NCBI GenBank assembly: GCA_001179505.1 | Contig: CDMY01000179.1 | Location: 1 to 64,000, forward strand | Source of the DNA: Vitrella brassicaformis CCMP3155 | Taxonomy: Eukaryota; Protista; Chromerida | Direction of reading: 5' to 3' | Length of the DNA: 64,000 nt | The notes under the pieces: model-generated | Told to the model about the DNA's origin: nothing | The model's database searches: none | Seen by the model: the letters and a program-made list of their open reading frames with translations, nothing else | Made by a program: the position numbers and the translations under genes | Part shown: positions 63,280 to 64,000 of the stretch, in pieces | How positions within the stretch are numbered: position 1 is the first letter of the stretch | Layout: each line of letters opens with the position of its first letter

Positions 63280-64000
63280 TCACCTGCCGGCTCCCTCCTT
63301 GGCCGCCCCAGCACCCCCTTTGTAGCTGTCATCCATCTGTTCACGGGAGCGGCTCCTGTTGAGGGCCTCCCGCGCCTTCTCGCGCAGCTCCCGCAGCCGT
63401 TCCTCGGCCTCCTCGCCCGTCCGGGGGGACACGTCGTTGCTGCTGTGCGACTTCATCTTACGCAACTGCTCCTTCAACTGCTGCAGACGCTCCTGCACGC
63501 CTCACAAAGTCGGAAAAGATTGATTTCTGGGGCGGGGCAGGGCGGTGTGTGGACCCCCTGTGTGTGTGAGACCAGACCTGGTTGGCTGGTGAGGTCTTGC
63601 CGGCCGTGTCGTTGGCATCGTGGTCGCGTCTGAGTGCGCCGGGGGATGCGCTGTCGCCTCTTCCGCCCACCCTGCGGGGCGACGCGTCGTCCACCATCAC
63701 CACGTCACCATCGCCACCACCCTTGCGCGAATCTGCAAGAGCATCCGCAAGGGCATGTGTACCCCTCCGGCTCTTGCTTTCCTGCCTCGGTTACGTTACC
63801 GTCGTCTGGCGAGTCTCTGCAGCGCTTGGGTGATGGCGGCATGGCGTCGTCGTCTTCGGGGACGTCCTCAGAGCTGGGCGACGGCCGCCGGGGGGCTCCC
63901 CTGTCCTTGTCTCTGTCTTTGTCACGGCCCCTGTCCTTGTCCCTGTGGTGCTTCTTGTCCTTCTTGGCCCGCCGCCCTCGGCTGTCGTCCGAACCATCCT
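63280..64000 (-). CDS. Partial (5' truncated) Arg/Asp/Ser-rich protein with a coiled-coil C-terminal region, possibly RNA-processing related
   Basis: KKDKKHHRDKDRGRDKDRDKDR..SPKRCRDSPDD|DSRKGG..|ERLQQLKEQLRKMK..RLRELREKAREAL; GT-AG boundaries; true 3' end unresolved. Confidence 0.6.

Overview
Eukaryotic, GC-rich, intron-dense genomic DNA. Its short introns are full of (CA)n/(TG)n, (GACA)n/(TGTC)n and (CCAT)n repeats. Gene content (plastid-type phytoene desaturase, alveolate DrpB-type dynamin, CREC/ERC EF-hand protein) and intron style point to a chromerid, probably Vitrella brassicaformis; this is an inference. Most ORFs in the supplied track are antisense or intron-spanning artefacts. By manual exon stitching I support about 20 genes: an ankyrin-family gene (truncated at the window edge), a CREC EF-hand protein, disrupted divergent-kinase loci, a DENN+DUF547 protein, NMNAT, a C2-C2-4xWW protein, a METTL13/EEF1AKMT4-like methyltransferase head-to-head with an ALKBH1-like dioxygenase, a 4-TM protein with PPxY motifs, a FAM194-like protein, MgtE, a secreted Spondin_N protein, COQ5, PDS, DrpB, and several hypotheticals. 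There is a 300-N assembly gap at 4989-5288. I found no rRNA, tRNA, CRISPR array or recognisable transposase. Strongest hunt results: (1) introns are polarised, with CA/GACA-rich 5' halves and complementary TG/TGTC-rich 3' halves, suggesting structure-bridged splicing; (2) at least four GC-AG introns are forced by protein motifs; (3) a DENN-DUF547 fusion; (4) a Nedd4-like C2/WW scaffold with no HECT domain; (5) decayed kinase-like loci 13 kb apart share a homologous 3' flank; (6) telomere-like heptamers sit in three promoter regions. All coordinates are hand-derived, and internal exon boundaries are approximate.
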